Positions 51,315-64,000 of a stretch of 64,000 nucleotides of DNA are shown here, piece after piece. Position numbers and translations under genes: made by a program. The notes under the pieces were generated by a model that saw nothing but the letters and a program-made list of their open reading frames with translations, did no database searches and was not told where the DNA came from. Source of the DNA: Paramecium tetraurelia (Eukaryota); contig CT867993.1 of assembly GCA_000165425.1 (NCBI GenBank), positions 1-64,000 on the forward strand, in the 5' to 3' direction. Each line of letters begins with the position of its first letter. The first letter of the stretch is position 1.

Positions 51315-51975
51315 ATGCAATCAACCAACACTTCAAGTCCCTTGAAACCATCAACTGCTTCTGCAAGTAATACTTATTTTACATAAAATCAGGTAGACCT
51401 ATTGGACCATATCGTACTGTAATTTTATATAGCAATATCTCTTTTAGATTATTACTAATTATGCTCCATTTGCTACTACTAATCAACGGAATTCCTAGGT
51501 AGAAGATTCTCCAATTAAAAAAGTTTAAAAGATTGACAATGACACACTGATTAAATTGATGAAATCCAATCGAGAGGTCCCTAAAAAGTACTCCAAAAGT
51601 TCAGATAAAATTATTATTAAGGATATCAAACAAGAATAATAAGAAGATATAGGTTCTGGACTATTTAGAACAGGCTTTGGTAAATTGTATAATGCTTAAG
51701 GCATTTTGTGGTATGAAGGATAATTGTTTAATGATCAAATGCATGGTAATGGTATGATGTTTAATCATGATGTAAATTCCTATTTCACCAAATATATTGG
51801 GGAATTTCAGTTTGGATAAAGATGTGGAGCTGGAATTGAGTATTACAAAGATGGTTCTATGTATGTTGGCAACTTTGAAAGTGATTGTCGAAATGGAATG
51901 GGATAACTAACAAAAAAGAATGGGGAAAAACATAATGGAATCTGGTTAAAAGGTAAATTGATTTCTAAAATATGA
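51315..51975 (+). CDS. MORN repeat protein
   Basis: WYEGQLFNDQMHGNG, YIGEFQFGQRCGAGIEYYKDGSMYVGNFESDCRNGMG. Confidence 0.85.
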
Positions 51976-51990
51976 TTTTTGTTATTTTTA

Positions 51991-52783
51991 ATGGAATTAT
52001 AAAAATATGCAGATGCTCATTCTCACATCTAAGATTTTGAGAATATCGATCAAATCGTTAAGGAATCAACAGACTCTGGCATTAATCATATAAGTATTGT
52101 CACTCTTCATACTATCTGTAGTCTGCAACTCAACGACTTTTGATTTTCTTCCACCATCCCTTCTTAACTTATATCCATTCATAATACCTTGTATAGGTTT
52201 GCATCCTTGGTATATCAATAAGGAATAGAATGTTGAGTATGAAAAGATGGAGAATATCTTAAAATCAGACGAGAGAATCTAGGTGGGAGAGATTGGATTA
52301 GATTTCATTAAAGCGAAAGAAAAGGAAGATTAGAAAAGACAATGCGAGATCTTTATAAGTTAATTGCAATTGGCTATCAAATATAATAGATCTATGAGCA
52401 TTCATTGTGTTAGAGCCTCAGGAGAAATGCTTAAAATCTTTAAGAAGCAATTGAAGGGACAGAATTACAATGCTGCTATCATCATGCACAGTTATGGATG
52501 TCCAAAGGAAATTACAGGGAGTTTGGATAAATTATATCCAAATTTTTATTATTCTCTTTGTTTGAATATGAAAATGGAACAATTAAATCACATCGATAAA
52601 AATAAATTGCTTTTTGAAACCGATGCTCCTTATCAATACAATCCAAACATAGTAGAATCGGAGGATAAAAAATCTCATCCTAAATTTCTGATTAAATTAA
52701 TCCAAGACTGTGCTACCTATCTAAATGAACCTCTATTGGCACAAATAGTATATAATAATTTTAGAAGAGCACTCAAGTTATGA
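51991..52783 (+). CDS. TatD family DNase
   Basis: DAHSH, GLHPW, VGEIGLDF, SIHCVRA, IMHSY, LFETDAPY. Confidence 0.93.
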
Positions 52784-53055
52784 TTATTATTACTGTAGGA
52801 AAATGCGAATATATTTAATTATATATATATTTATTGATATAACGTAATCTAGCAGTTAGAAACGGCTAATATTTGGTTAATATTTCATGAGAATATCTTA
52901 GTAAGGTTTGAATTTAGAAATTCCGATACAAGTTCTCAATTCTCTTTTATATTACCTTGTAAATTAATGATTGTATCTGTTTATTGCATTAAAATTCATG
53001 TTTTTAAATCATAAAATATGTATTCAGATAATACATTATTAATCTTATCAAACAA

Positions 53056-54069
53056 ATGAATTCTTCACAAAGCTCATTTACTGATCTTAACGATTAGGCT
53101 TTAGTATACTAAAATCTTCAATCCATTGAACCAGAATATCTATCTTTGAAGCTCAAATTACATTTCAAAACTCTACCCAATTTTGATGACTTTATCAAAC
53201 TTTATGAGTCATCCAAGATTGGTTGTGACGAAGCTTGGAATCAAAATGAAGAGATTTTCTTATAACTCGTTGTCTTGAGTCTAAATCCTAGATGCATAAA
53301 GGTATTATATTAATTGAATATTTAAAGAATCGCTTCGACTGGGAGAAGGTCCAAAAGTTAATGCCAAAGCAAAGGAGTCTGTCAGAATTGTGCTTTAAAT
53401 TCTAATCTTTCTATAAAGCACAACTTCCCAGACAACCTTGGTCTTCCTTTGAGGATAAAACTTTGTTGCAAATCATTTTGTATTCATATTCCACTATTAC
53501 TTAGGGACAACACCAGTCGTTGTAAGAAAAAGTGGAGCTCTATTGCTAATCAATACAATCTAATCTGTAAATCTGAAATTCTTAGAAATGCTAAACAATG
53601 CCGAGAGAGATGGAACAACAAACTTGATCCATAGATTAATAGGTAATTATAAACATTGAATCATCCTAGAGAACCATGGTCTAGATCTGAGGAGTTACAC
53701 TTTCTTCAATTGCTTCTTCAGAATGGACGAAGGTGGGCTGACATATCTTTAAAATTGTCAATGATCACCAAATACAAGAGAAGAACTGAATTTGCTCTTA
53801 AACACAAATTCAAATAGCTCTAGAAATACTATGGTATTCAAATAATTCTATAAATAGGTCACAAAGCCAAAAGACTCAATAAGACTGATTTCGAGATCAG
53901 TCCTCGTTGGAACATTCAGGAAATTGATATGGTCCTATCCAAAATAGAGATACTCTAAGAAAAATAAAAAAAGATGCTAACTCAAGAATATTCTTTTTGT
54001 GAATTTTTGAGTTTGGATTCTGATTTTTCCTTAGTGGTAATCAAAAACGGATGCTTGATAAAACTATGA
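53056..54069 (+). CDS. Myb-family transcription factor
   Basis: WSSFEDKTLLQII, KWSSIA, RNAKQCRERWNNKLDP, EPWSRSEE, NGRRWADIS. Confidence 0.9.
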
Positions 54070-54769
54070 TGATTTCTGTTGATCTAACAATTATAATATA
54101 TATATTTAAATATAATATAAATGAAAAAAGCAACTTGCCATTTTTTTTACGTTCATTAAACAACCCTTTATAAATAAATATAATAAAAATTATAATTATA
54201 ACTAATTATAACTAACTTTTCTTTAAAGAATTCTTAATTCAATCCAATATTAGATAATATAGACATTATTTATATATAATCAATATCAATAGAGTTTAAT
54301 TATAGAGGAAGGATTGGCTACTTAAATTATTAAATTTTGGAACAATTTCTTATAATTTGAGTAAGCGATCAAATAAAAAAAAGAACTCTAAATTATTGAA
54401 TCTCTTTTTTAATTTCATACATCATTTTTTAAGCATAATTTAAAATTTAGTAATATTATTTAGAATAAGAATTGAGTATTTTATAGTTTTGTTAGTAAAA
54501 GTGGCGATTAAGTTAACTTTTTGACTTTAAAATAAATTTCACACATCTTCGTATATAATTATTGTTTAATTATTAACATTACTTCTCCATAATGGTTAGT
54601 TAGATTAATTGTAATTTATATGAATGAAATAGAACAATCAGGTTGAGTTATAAGATTAAATCAGTCTATTTTATCAAATTAGACTCTTTTTTAATTAAAG
54701 TATTACTACTTTTTCTAAGAAGTTGGACTTAAGATAATTAAATATATTTAATTTGTAAAATATTTCATT

Positions 54770-55782
54770 ATGGAATCTTCAATTAATTCTTAAATTAGAA
54801 TTAATACAACTTAAAACTAGATACTTTCTATGAACAATGCCAACAGTAGTAATCTCAAAAAATAAAACATGGAACATTCGTATTCTACTACTCGTTTACC
54901 TCATCTGAGTCTATAATATAGGACATTACAAAAAACTGAATCGGCATCAAAAAGGGTGAGAACAATGAAAAGTCTAAGAATCAGAGAACAGGAAGCAATA
55001 CTAAAACGGATTAGTAAGAGTTTTGAATTGAGAAGTGTGAGGAATTCGAAAAAGTAGTAAAGAAGGAAAAGTGGTACAGAACAACTATCTTAAAAGTAGG
55101 TAAAACATTTAATATGGAATTGTAGCTACATATTGATTGTTAATACCCCAAAACAATAGTATAGTAATAGGAAGTGATATCGAATGAATTGCAAAGGACA
55201 AAGGAAAGAAAAAGGACTATTTTTAAGAGAATGTCTAGCATACTCATCAAACATCAAACGACCATTCGTAATATTAGTAATCAAGGGAATGAAAAGAACA
55301 GCGAAATTCAGTTACTCATACTATAATCGTAATAATAAGGGAATGATGAACAAAATGTTACATAATCTCAAGAAGTGAAAAAACATAAATTAAGATCCTC
55401 AGTCGTAGAATCTGAAAAACCTAAAGTAGTCTTAAATATGTCTCGAAAATCTAAAAAGGCATTTGCTTCCATCTAAAGTTACATAAGCGAAAAAGCATTA
55501 ACATAAACTACAGCATAGACTATCAATTAAACAAATCCATTCATAAGTTATGTGTGCTGCCAGAGTCTTACAGAAATGAATGGATAAATTTAAAACAATC
55601 TATCATAGAATTTAGGGAGATGTCAATTAATTAAACCTACTTATCCTCTACCAGAAATTAAATTGATTTCTTCAGCCAGGAATAATTGTTCGTTGTTAGA
55701 TATGAATTTCCTAAAACACAAGAAAACAATTATTAATACTGGAAATACTCAGAGAAAATAGAGGATTTCTACAAACTCATGA
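54770..55782 (+). CDS. Hypothetical protein
   Basis: MESSINSQIRIN start; S/K/Q-rich frames with an intron; TGA 55780. Confidence 0.5.
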
Positions 55783-55814
55783 AATATAAATTTTTATTAA
55801 TTTAACGTTCACTA

Positions 55815-56396
55815 ATGCAAAGATAACCATAAGAATCCAGTCTCTAATAGCGTTTAGGGTTTGTGTAATAGTACCACAAGAATCACCCTAATATCACAGA
55901 ATTGAAACCTTTAAAGGATTATTAGACATAATAGAACTCAAAGTATACGATTAGTAAAATTGTTATTAGGAAACCAAAAGAACTTGAAGAATAACCCAAG
56001 ACTTCATTGATGGACAATTTGAATAGAATCAACAATCTCTATAAAGCAGTATCTCAACCTCGAATCGATGCTAAAGAAATCAACCCACCTTAATATTTCT
56101 ACAATCATAAATAAGGATGTTAGTAACCAGAACCAACAGCGAATAAGGCTATCAAAGAGAACCAGAATATTAAGACATTTCTGAATAATAATGAACTCTC
56201 ATTGAAGGACTATGAATGGAAATCCACAAAAGGCAATGCAGTGAGTACTAAGGGAAATGCTGTCACCACAAAGTCTACTTCTCCAATTGATTTCAGTGTG
56301 AAAAGTCCATTGAACAAGGTTGCTCGAACAGACTCGGTGTTGGGGAGCAAGAAGTAGAATGAGTAGAGTGTAACATTTTTAAGAGGACTTTATTGA
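55815..56396 (+). CDS. Hypothetical protein
   Basis: MQRQPQESSLQQRLGF start; ends FLRGLY* at TGA 56394. Confidence 0.55.
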
Positions 56397-56445
56397 TAAA
56401 ATGTATAATTTTAATACTTATAATACATATTTAAACAAAATTTGC

Positions 56446-58731
56446 ATGACTGAAAATTTGCTAATTAATAAAATGCAAAATTTTCATTATCAATCCTGCA
56501 ATATAGCGGAACACGAAGAAGAATTCTTGAATATGGTTTGCATTGACGAAAAATGCAATAAACATCAGCTTTTATGTGTCTATTGTATGGAGGAACATTA
56601 ATCTTGCATTAAACATCCTGTTAAAAAATTTCTGAGGGACTTCAAATCACAGCTTCACTCTTAGAATGCGGAATTGAGTCCTAAAATAGATGAGTAATAA
56701 TGATTAAAATTAATTAGTCTTATTGCTTTTTATGATTAAATTAAGATTACGATGGAACAAGCATAAAAATAATTGAATGAAATGTTCGAGAAATCTAAAT
56801 AAACTATACTCGAGTAAACTTGTATGTTAATTTTAGCACTAAAAAAATGATTGGATAATTTTCTTAGCAAGAGACCGCCAAATCAGTATAAATGCAGAAA
56901 TTAAAAGAATTTGAATCAACTTCGAATTAAGAGAACTTCTTTTAACTTCTCACTGAAATCGAAAGCTTTAAACCCAATCCTGATCGATTTTCCTTCTCAA
57001 TCAAAAAGATTCAAGGACATCAAATTGACCTTATATAAGAAAGAATTGCAAATGGCAAGATCCATTCACAACAATACCAAACCGCCATTACCAATTTTGT
57101 TGAATCATTTGTAAATCAACACGAAGCACTCAAGAAAAACCTACAGAATTACTTTTTGAATGCACCCAAAAGACCTTTTGAACAAGAGTCAAATGAAGGA
57201 AAACAATCTAAACAATCAAACCCCCTCTCTCTAATTCAACAACCCTCTCTTGATGTCTAGGACAAATCAATAATTGCAATCGATGATGACTTAGAGGAAA
57301 TCGAAAAAAACAATAGAAATAATGAGAATTCTAATAATAAAATTAAAAAACAAAATAATAACAATAATAATACTATTACTAATAATAATCAGAATAATGT
57401 CCAAAATAATACTCCACTCAATTTGAATAATCTAGGCCATCAAAATAATTATCAAAAAACATAAGATTCCCAAATATCAATTACCGATATCCTAGACAGT
57501 AATAGTTCCAAGAAGTAGACCATCTAGGATAACAAATCCAATTATACAAGCAATCTTAAATAACAATCCTATAATAATAAAACCAAATAAGCACCTCCTC
57601 AACCTCTGTCGTAAACTACTCCCTACTAAAAATAACCAGCATCTAATGGCTCCATCCCCATTCCTCCAAAATAGGCTCCTCTTCCTTTATAACAATCTCC
57701 ACTCAAAGGTACTCAAATATATGTAATAACTAGATGCCTTCTAAGAGGACAATCAAGGAGAAGTGGAGACCGTTCTGAATGTTTCTCAGGATCACAACTT
57801 CTAACTTGTGTAAAATGGAAAAGAGATCACTAAATTATTGATTTTAAGTAAAACCGTAGTGGCAGGATGCGGTGGAAATCTATTTTAAGGATTTGATATT
57901 TCGACCTGTCAAAAATTATTTACACTAAATGTTGACTCAGACATAACTGATGTTGCATATTTGGAAACCGATGACTGCAATGGAACCCTATATTTGGCCA
58001 CCAAAAAAGGCAAAATAGAAACCTTCATTAGAGAATCAAATAGCGAGAATCCATTCACATTTAGATCCAATTCATCACAAATCGTTGACAAATACGGCAA
58101 TTTGCTTATCTAAATTAATCAATAGGAGAAGTAACTTGTAACTCTGGGAGAGGAGAAAATCATAAGGATCTTGCCAGTGAAGACTTTAAGAGAGTCAAAG
58201 AGATGCGAAATTTAGGAAGTTGGAACAGCACTTCATGTTGATTCAAAATATGTTTATGTTGGTGGCAACAAATTTTTATTCATTTGGGACTCAGCAACAT
58301 AGGCCAAGAAGAAAATCTAAATGTCAGATATAAATTTAAAGGTGATATCTATTCAAACATATGAAAATAAATTAGTGGTGGGATTGTAGGACAAAATTAA
58401 AATATTTGAAAGGAAAACCAATGATGATTACCAACTCATACATGAATAAGCATTTGGAGACATTAGTTCCATGCATATCCTTAAACAATGGCCAATTGTC
58501 CTCATTTCATGTACTTAGGTATTTAAAAAATTTAAATATCAATAGCAATTACAATAGAAAATCTGTCTTTACAATTATGAGCAGGATTCTTCAGAGAAAT
58601 TACATGACTAAAAGGCTACTAGTTGTGTTGTCAGAGAATTTGATAAAGTTTACCACGTTGCATTTGGTTAGGAGAAGGGATAGTGCATCATCTATAAAAT
58701 TGAATAAACTTAATAGCAACAATCATAATGA
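56446..58731 (+). CDS. B-box-like Zn finger + coiled coil + N/Q-rich linker + WD40-like beta propeller
   Basis: CNIAEH..CIDEKC..LLCVYCMEEH; coiled coil; C-terminal beta-strand repeats (VVAGCGG, LYLATKKG, VYVGGNKFLFIWD). Confidence 0.75.
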
Positions 58732-59067
58732 TTTTATTAATAATCCAAATAATATTATTTAACTATATTATCCTATTGCAAAATTGCAAACAATATCTTA
58801 TAGTATTAACTATTTAATTATTTGTGTATATTTGATTCTCATACAGACCAGTATAGGATTCAACACAATTTTATATATATTTATCATATTATGATACAAA
58901 AATAATTAGCAACGCTTAGAATGTATTAATACGGTTCGACACTTACATGTCTTATATATAATGAATAGAGATTAGCACATTAATCTCACTTAATATTCTT
59001 TGCATTACTTGTATCAAATTTGGTCAGATAAGTGGTAAATAAAAACTTAAATATTAATATTAATAAC

Positions 59068-60340
59068 ATGGGAACTTGTCAGGCTAATTGTTGTAACAAA
59101 GATTTTGAGTATGGTTTGAGAACACATTAAAAGAGTGAAAGTAATGCTGATGAAGGCAATCCTGAATTTGAGGATTCAAAAATAAAGGAATCACATAATT
59201 CAATATAGAAGGACAGGGATAAATTTCAAGAAGATCGTATGCAAGACGATCAAAAATTAAATTTAAAGAAAGATAAACCAAAAGATTCCAGTAGTGTGAA
59301 TAATGATAAGGATGATAATAAAGGAAGAGCTCAAAACAAAGAAACAAGTTATAAAGTTCAAGAGTATAAGACACCTTTTCCTGAATCAAAAGAGTAAGAG
59401 AGCAAGGGTCATACAGATAAATAGGAGGCGCAGGATAAAGCAAGTAAGAACTCTGTTTTTTCTAAGAAGAAGAATTAGAATTTAGAGTATAATTAAAAGG
59501 TGTTGAATACTGATTAAGATGAGACAATGAGTGATGTGAGAGTAAAGTTGGGAGCTAAGACTCTTGACAAAGGAGCAGTTTATGAGGGGGAATGGTTGAA
59601 GGGGAAACGAGATGGGACTGGGAAACAAGTTTGGCCTGATGGGTCAATATATGAGGGAGAATGGGTAGAAGGTCGATGTTGTGGGAAGGGAAAGTTAATC
59701 CATGGAGATGGAGACATATATGAAGGAGATTGGCTGGATGATAAAGCACATGGAATAGGAGTGTATTTACACATTAATGGAGCTCGATATGAAGGACAAG
59801 TATTTTAGCTTATCTTAATCTAGTGGTTTAACGATAAGCAATAGGGCAAGGGTTTGGAGACATGGCCAGATGGGGCTCATTATGAGGGAGAGTATCATGA
59901 GGGGAGGAAGGAGGGTCATGGAACTCTTCATTTTGCTGATGGGTCAAAATATACAGGGTTTTTTGCTAATAATGAGATACATGGATATGGGATATATGAA
60001 TGGTAGGATGGGAGAGTCTACAAGGGGAATTGGAAACAAAACAAAATGAACGGAGTGGGTGAAATAAAGTGGAGTGACGGTCGATAATTCATTGGAGTAT
60101 TGTTAATATCCATAAAAGAATTACTAAGAAGATTTGAAGCATGGGAGAGGATAGTTTTTGTGGCCTGACGGTAGAAGATATGTTGGCAACTGGGTTTATG
60201 GTAAGTAGGAAGGTTATGGGGCTTATTACTTGCCAAATCAACCAGCAAAATATGGAATTTGGTCTGATGGGAAGAGAGCACAATGGTTGGAGAATGACGA
60301 GGTGGATTAGTTAAAGAGTAAATAAGTTATAGATTTCTGA
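59068..60340 (+). CDS. N-acylated MORN repeat protein
   Basis: MGTCQANCC start; about 9-10 MORN repeats [19 protein letters not shown] at 59580-60290. Confidence 0.92.
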
Positions 60341-60358
60341 ATGGTGATTTATTTATGA

Positions 60359-60913
60359 TCATTTTGTCTTTTTAATTTTTTTCTTTTGAATTGCTATAAA
60401 GGTATCATCTTCTGAGTCACTGTCTTATTCAATCAGAACTTTAGCTGATTATGCATAAGTTTTTGGTTTTTTGGAACGATTGATCTTGTGTTTTTCATAA
60501 TCTGAGAATTTGTCTTCTTCATCTGAGGAATTTGGTTGTGGAAGCTAATATTGATAGGAAGGGGGTGATTACATTTTTAGTGGAAATGGGTTTAAGATTC
60601 TTGAGACTGCTTGAATAGCTCTGTTCCCACCACAAGTCATTCCAACTTTATCCTAGACTGTGCTGTTGGGCTCCGAGCTAGAGATATAAAACAAATGGGA
60701 TACAGCCAATTAATCAGCTCTTCTTTCGATCTGGACACAATCTGTTTGACCATCTTTATTCTTGCCGAGTCCTTGACCTTGATTCCATCCCATCTTTTGC
60801 ATCAATTTCATAGCATAATCAGATTCAAATTTCTTGTTTGAGACTCCGGTACCTAGAAATATGATAAGGAAGGCGATACCTTATAGTAATCTCTCTTTAA
60901 ATTTTTAAGCCAT
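60359..60913 (-). CDS. G-patch domain protein (GPATCH4/PinX1-like)
   Basis: YAMKLMQKMGWNQGQGLGKNKDG, WNDLWWEQSY, K-rich tail; two short introns. Confidence 0.85.
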
Positions 60914-60942
60914 CTAATAATAAAAAATTATTTTACTCTAAA

Positions 60943-62459
60943 ATGGACGAACTTTTGGGAGCTATATAGCAAAGAAAAGCCAAAATAAATGAGATTCAAG
61001 AAGCTATTTATTAGATCAAGGGTAATTAACAACAAGAGAGATTGACTGTCTACTCGATGGTAAGGAAGTTGAAGGAAGAGGAGAAAATAAGGGCGGAGAA
61101 AGAGAATTGGATCATAGGAGTGATTCGGAACACAAAATCATATAACGAAGAATAAATGTGGTAATATATGGTTTTATCATTAGTCACATCTATGTCAAGA
61201 CAAACGAAATGATGAAAGCGATCAGCCAATCAATTTTTAGAAATCCCCTACGCCCCTACATGTAATTTGTACTAATACTTGGAAAATTATTACATCCTTC
61301 ATTCTAGTTTTCAGAAGCATCTCAATCAGGAGTCCCAATTGAAGGTGCAATTCAAGCAGGCTGTCAGAGCTGGAAACATCTCATTAGTGACCGATCTAAT
61401 TAAGTCCCTTTTAGGAACTTCTCGCAAACAATACAAAGACTTTGTAGACGAATTGAGCAATCAAGTTAAAAAAGAACCATCTCCTTAGAAGGTTAGACTC
61501 GAAAATCAACGCATTCGATCTTCAACACAAAAGATTGAGGAAGTCAAATTAGTTGAAAAACCACTTACAACTACTATGATCAGTAGAGTTGACAGAATTA
61601 AACGAAAACAGATGACTATTTCCAAAATACAAAGGTAATTATCTATTAGTAAATACAGTTCATGCGATCTCTCTCCAACCACTGAGACTCCTTCTTTATA
61701 TCTCAGGAACAAATTCAGGGAAGTTGAAAAAACTCCATTCACTTCTATGTTTGCAAACATCCATTCTGCCATTGATGATCTGGATGAACTTAATATGTAG
61801 GTCTGTGATTACCAAACAGTGAAGAGACAAACTCAAAATTATGAGGAGTTTAAGACCAATTATGATGCTCTTTGCGATAAGATTCGATTGAGAAACAATC
61901 TTATTCAATAGAGTGTTTTTGATTACACCAATTATGCTTTGAAAAGGTTATATTAATATGTAATTAATATAGGGTCTAAAATGTTGAAATCGAATATCCA
62001 AATCTCATCAAAGAAAAATATACTACTTTGCAGAACAATCAGGATTATCATTTTTGTAACATTCAATTGAAACCCATTTTCGACAGTCTATGTCCTTGCA
62101 TGCAAAAACAAACTATTCAACACAAACCTTCACCCATTAAAAACAAGGTGATCATCAGAAAGTCAGTCCAATAGATTAAAAAGTAGGTAAATAATGTATA
62201 TAAGTAGTCTGATTAACTATCCAAAAAAGAATAGATTGACATGAGCAAACATAACAATAGTCCCAGTAACAATGGAAAGTCTAAACAGTAGATGCCACCA
62301 ATTAGGTTTTACAAAGAGACCCAACTGATTAAGCCTCATCCAAGGGCATTATCAGCCAATAATCAACAACAACCTGTCAAATACTTGACTTGCTCAAGTT
62401 TTATTGAGAATCCTATTGCAATCAAAACTAATCTCTTAGTTCGCAGCACTTATGAATGA
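60943..62459 (+). CDS. Hypothetical protein
   Basis: MDELLGAIQQRKAK start, several short introns, TGA 62457. Confidence 0.55.
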
Positions 62460-62765
62460 AAATCTGAAATCATCTAATTTCTCAAATGTTTAACATTTTT
62501 ATTATTCAATTAGTATGAATATTCAATTCTTTATATTAACATTCAAATTGTGGTAATTAATAACCAATTTCAAAAATTCTGTAAAAATATTTAAATTCAC
62601 AACTTTCTCCAATTACTAGAATTGTAACCTAAAAGTTGAAAATGTTGAGCCATCGTTTATTAATTAATATTGAATAATGAATGCAGAATTGGTGTTGTAA
62701 ATTAAATTCAAAACTTAAATTATAGAATAAATTTTTGATAAATAAATTAATATTCCATCAAAAGA

Positions 62766-64000
62766 ATGATGTCCATTTGGCAATAAGCCATCGTAGTTTT
62801 CCACAAAAACTTCACTATTTATTACCAAGAACGGTAATACAGACAAGAGTTCTTCGTGGCTCTTCTTGTCTTCGTCATCCTCCTAGTTGGAAGTAAGAAT
62901 ATACAGCATATCCTTTTTAGAAGAAACTTCAAGTTCTACTCTCCTTTAAGTTGGAGCAGAATTTTTACCCATGACTCTCTTGATCAGTTCAAGGTATATA
63001 GTCACCTCAATGATATCAGAGAAGAGTGACAGATAAAAGGAGATCTAAAAAGTAACCATCTTTCATCATTTATCTTTAGATCATGGGCTTAAAACAATCA
63101 GCATACTAATTAGGTTGGTTTCTATTCAACTTTGCAAGAATTATGGCTATCTCATTCTTCTTTCTCGTTCTGGCACTGCCCACAGGCTGCTTTGGACCTT
63201 AAGAAGAGATAATCTAAGGAGATAATGAAATAGTGACAATCCATTACTTTAGTCCAATCCAAACCATTGGTAGCTACCTGTTATATGCAATGGGATTGAC
63301 AGCATAGCAATATTTCTTAACAACGTTATTCGACCAACCTAAAAATGGAGCTGATGTGTCAATGCTACTTAACATATTCGGGTCTGTGTGTTCAGGATTA
63401 CTCAGCATCCCCTACTTTCAAAAGTACTCTACTTATTTAAAATAGTCATTCCTGGATTGTAATCGTATTTGGTATTGTATTTCCAACATTTCTGTTTGAT
63501 ATTTATCCATACAATCAAATATTAGGAATCATTTCTAAAGGCACTAAACCAGCCTTAGATCCTTCTGTTTACTTTGCATTATAAGGAGCAGAAATATTTT
63601 TTTATGGAATTTTATATTTATATTTAGAATAAGTTCTATCAAACGAATATGGAACAAATAAACATCCTTTGTTTTTTATTGGAAAAAAGTATGAAATTTA
63701 AGGAGAGGATGCTTCAAATCAATTTGAATTGCCCAACATGAACAAACCTTTTATTGGTGCAACACAATCTGAAACCTAGGAAGACAATAGTTCAGCCATA
63801 TACCATGAGGTTTTCGATAATCAAAAATAAGCCAAGGTAATGTATACATATTATAGTTGTAGAGAGCAATTTCAATTAAAAATGTGAAGAAATGTTTTAA
63901 TGATCTAATGGCTGTGAATGGTGTAACACTCCAAATGTATGATTCGTAGATTCTTTGCTTGTTAGGACATAATGGAGCTGGAAAGACTACTCTCATTTCA
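62766..64000 (+). CDS. ABCA-family transporter (5' part; runs off the window)
   Basis: KNF at N-terminus, EKSDRQKEIQKIMGL, YLEQVLSNEYG..HPLFF, AVNGVTLQMY..CLLGHNGAGKTTLIS. Confidence 0.92.

Noticed and set aside
52850..52872. Myb-type sites (CAGTTA, AACGG) upstream of the Myb gene suggesting autoregulation
   Set aside because: Motifs are too short to be significant without conservation or binding data
59555..60283. Minus-strand P/S-rich ORFs
   Set aside because: Antisense shadows of the MORN repeats
1..64000. Supplied ORF track as gene calls
   Set aside because: It treats TAA/TAG as stops and allows TTG/GTG starts, so most entries are fragments of code-6 genes or off-frame shadows

Overview
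AT-rich, gene-dense ciliate macronuclear DNA, most likely Paramecium. Evidence: TAA/TAG read as Gln and only TGA stops, introns are 20-30 nt GT..AG, intergenic gaps are often under 50 bp, there is a trichocyst matrix protein gene, and a C3A3-like telomeric remnant sits at base 1. The supplied ORF track uses the wrong genetic code and fragments nearly every gene. Read with code 6, the window holds about 40 host genes. These include a subtelomeric NACHT-pentapeptide-WD40 gene, an Arf-like GTPase, a Whirly-like protein, DPH5, ALG1, a Vps9 GEF, AK8-like, SDR, cytosolic carboxypeptidase, a secreted repeat protein, a CAMK kinase, TMP, DCAF13/SOF1, TFIP11, TatD, Myb, MORN proteins, a G-patch protein and an ABCA transporter, plus two host pseudogenes. 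The standout is an intron-free island of about 3.8 kb (about 41.9-45.7 kb) of decayed bacterial genes: an Fe-SOD half, cdsA, uppS and an ABC NBD half in operon-like order, with alphaproteobacterial-type motifs. One island ORF is intact under the ciliate code and is a candidate domesticated symbiont gene. All translations were done by eye, so exon boundaries and the ends of hypothetical genes are approximate.
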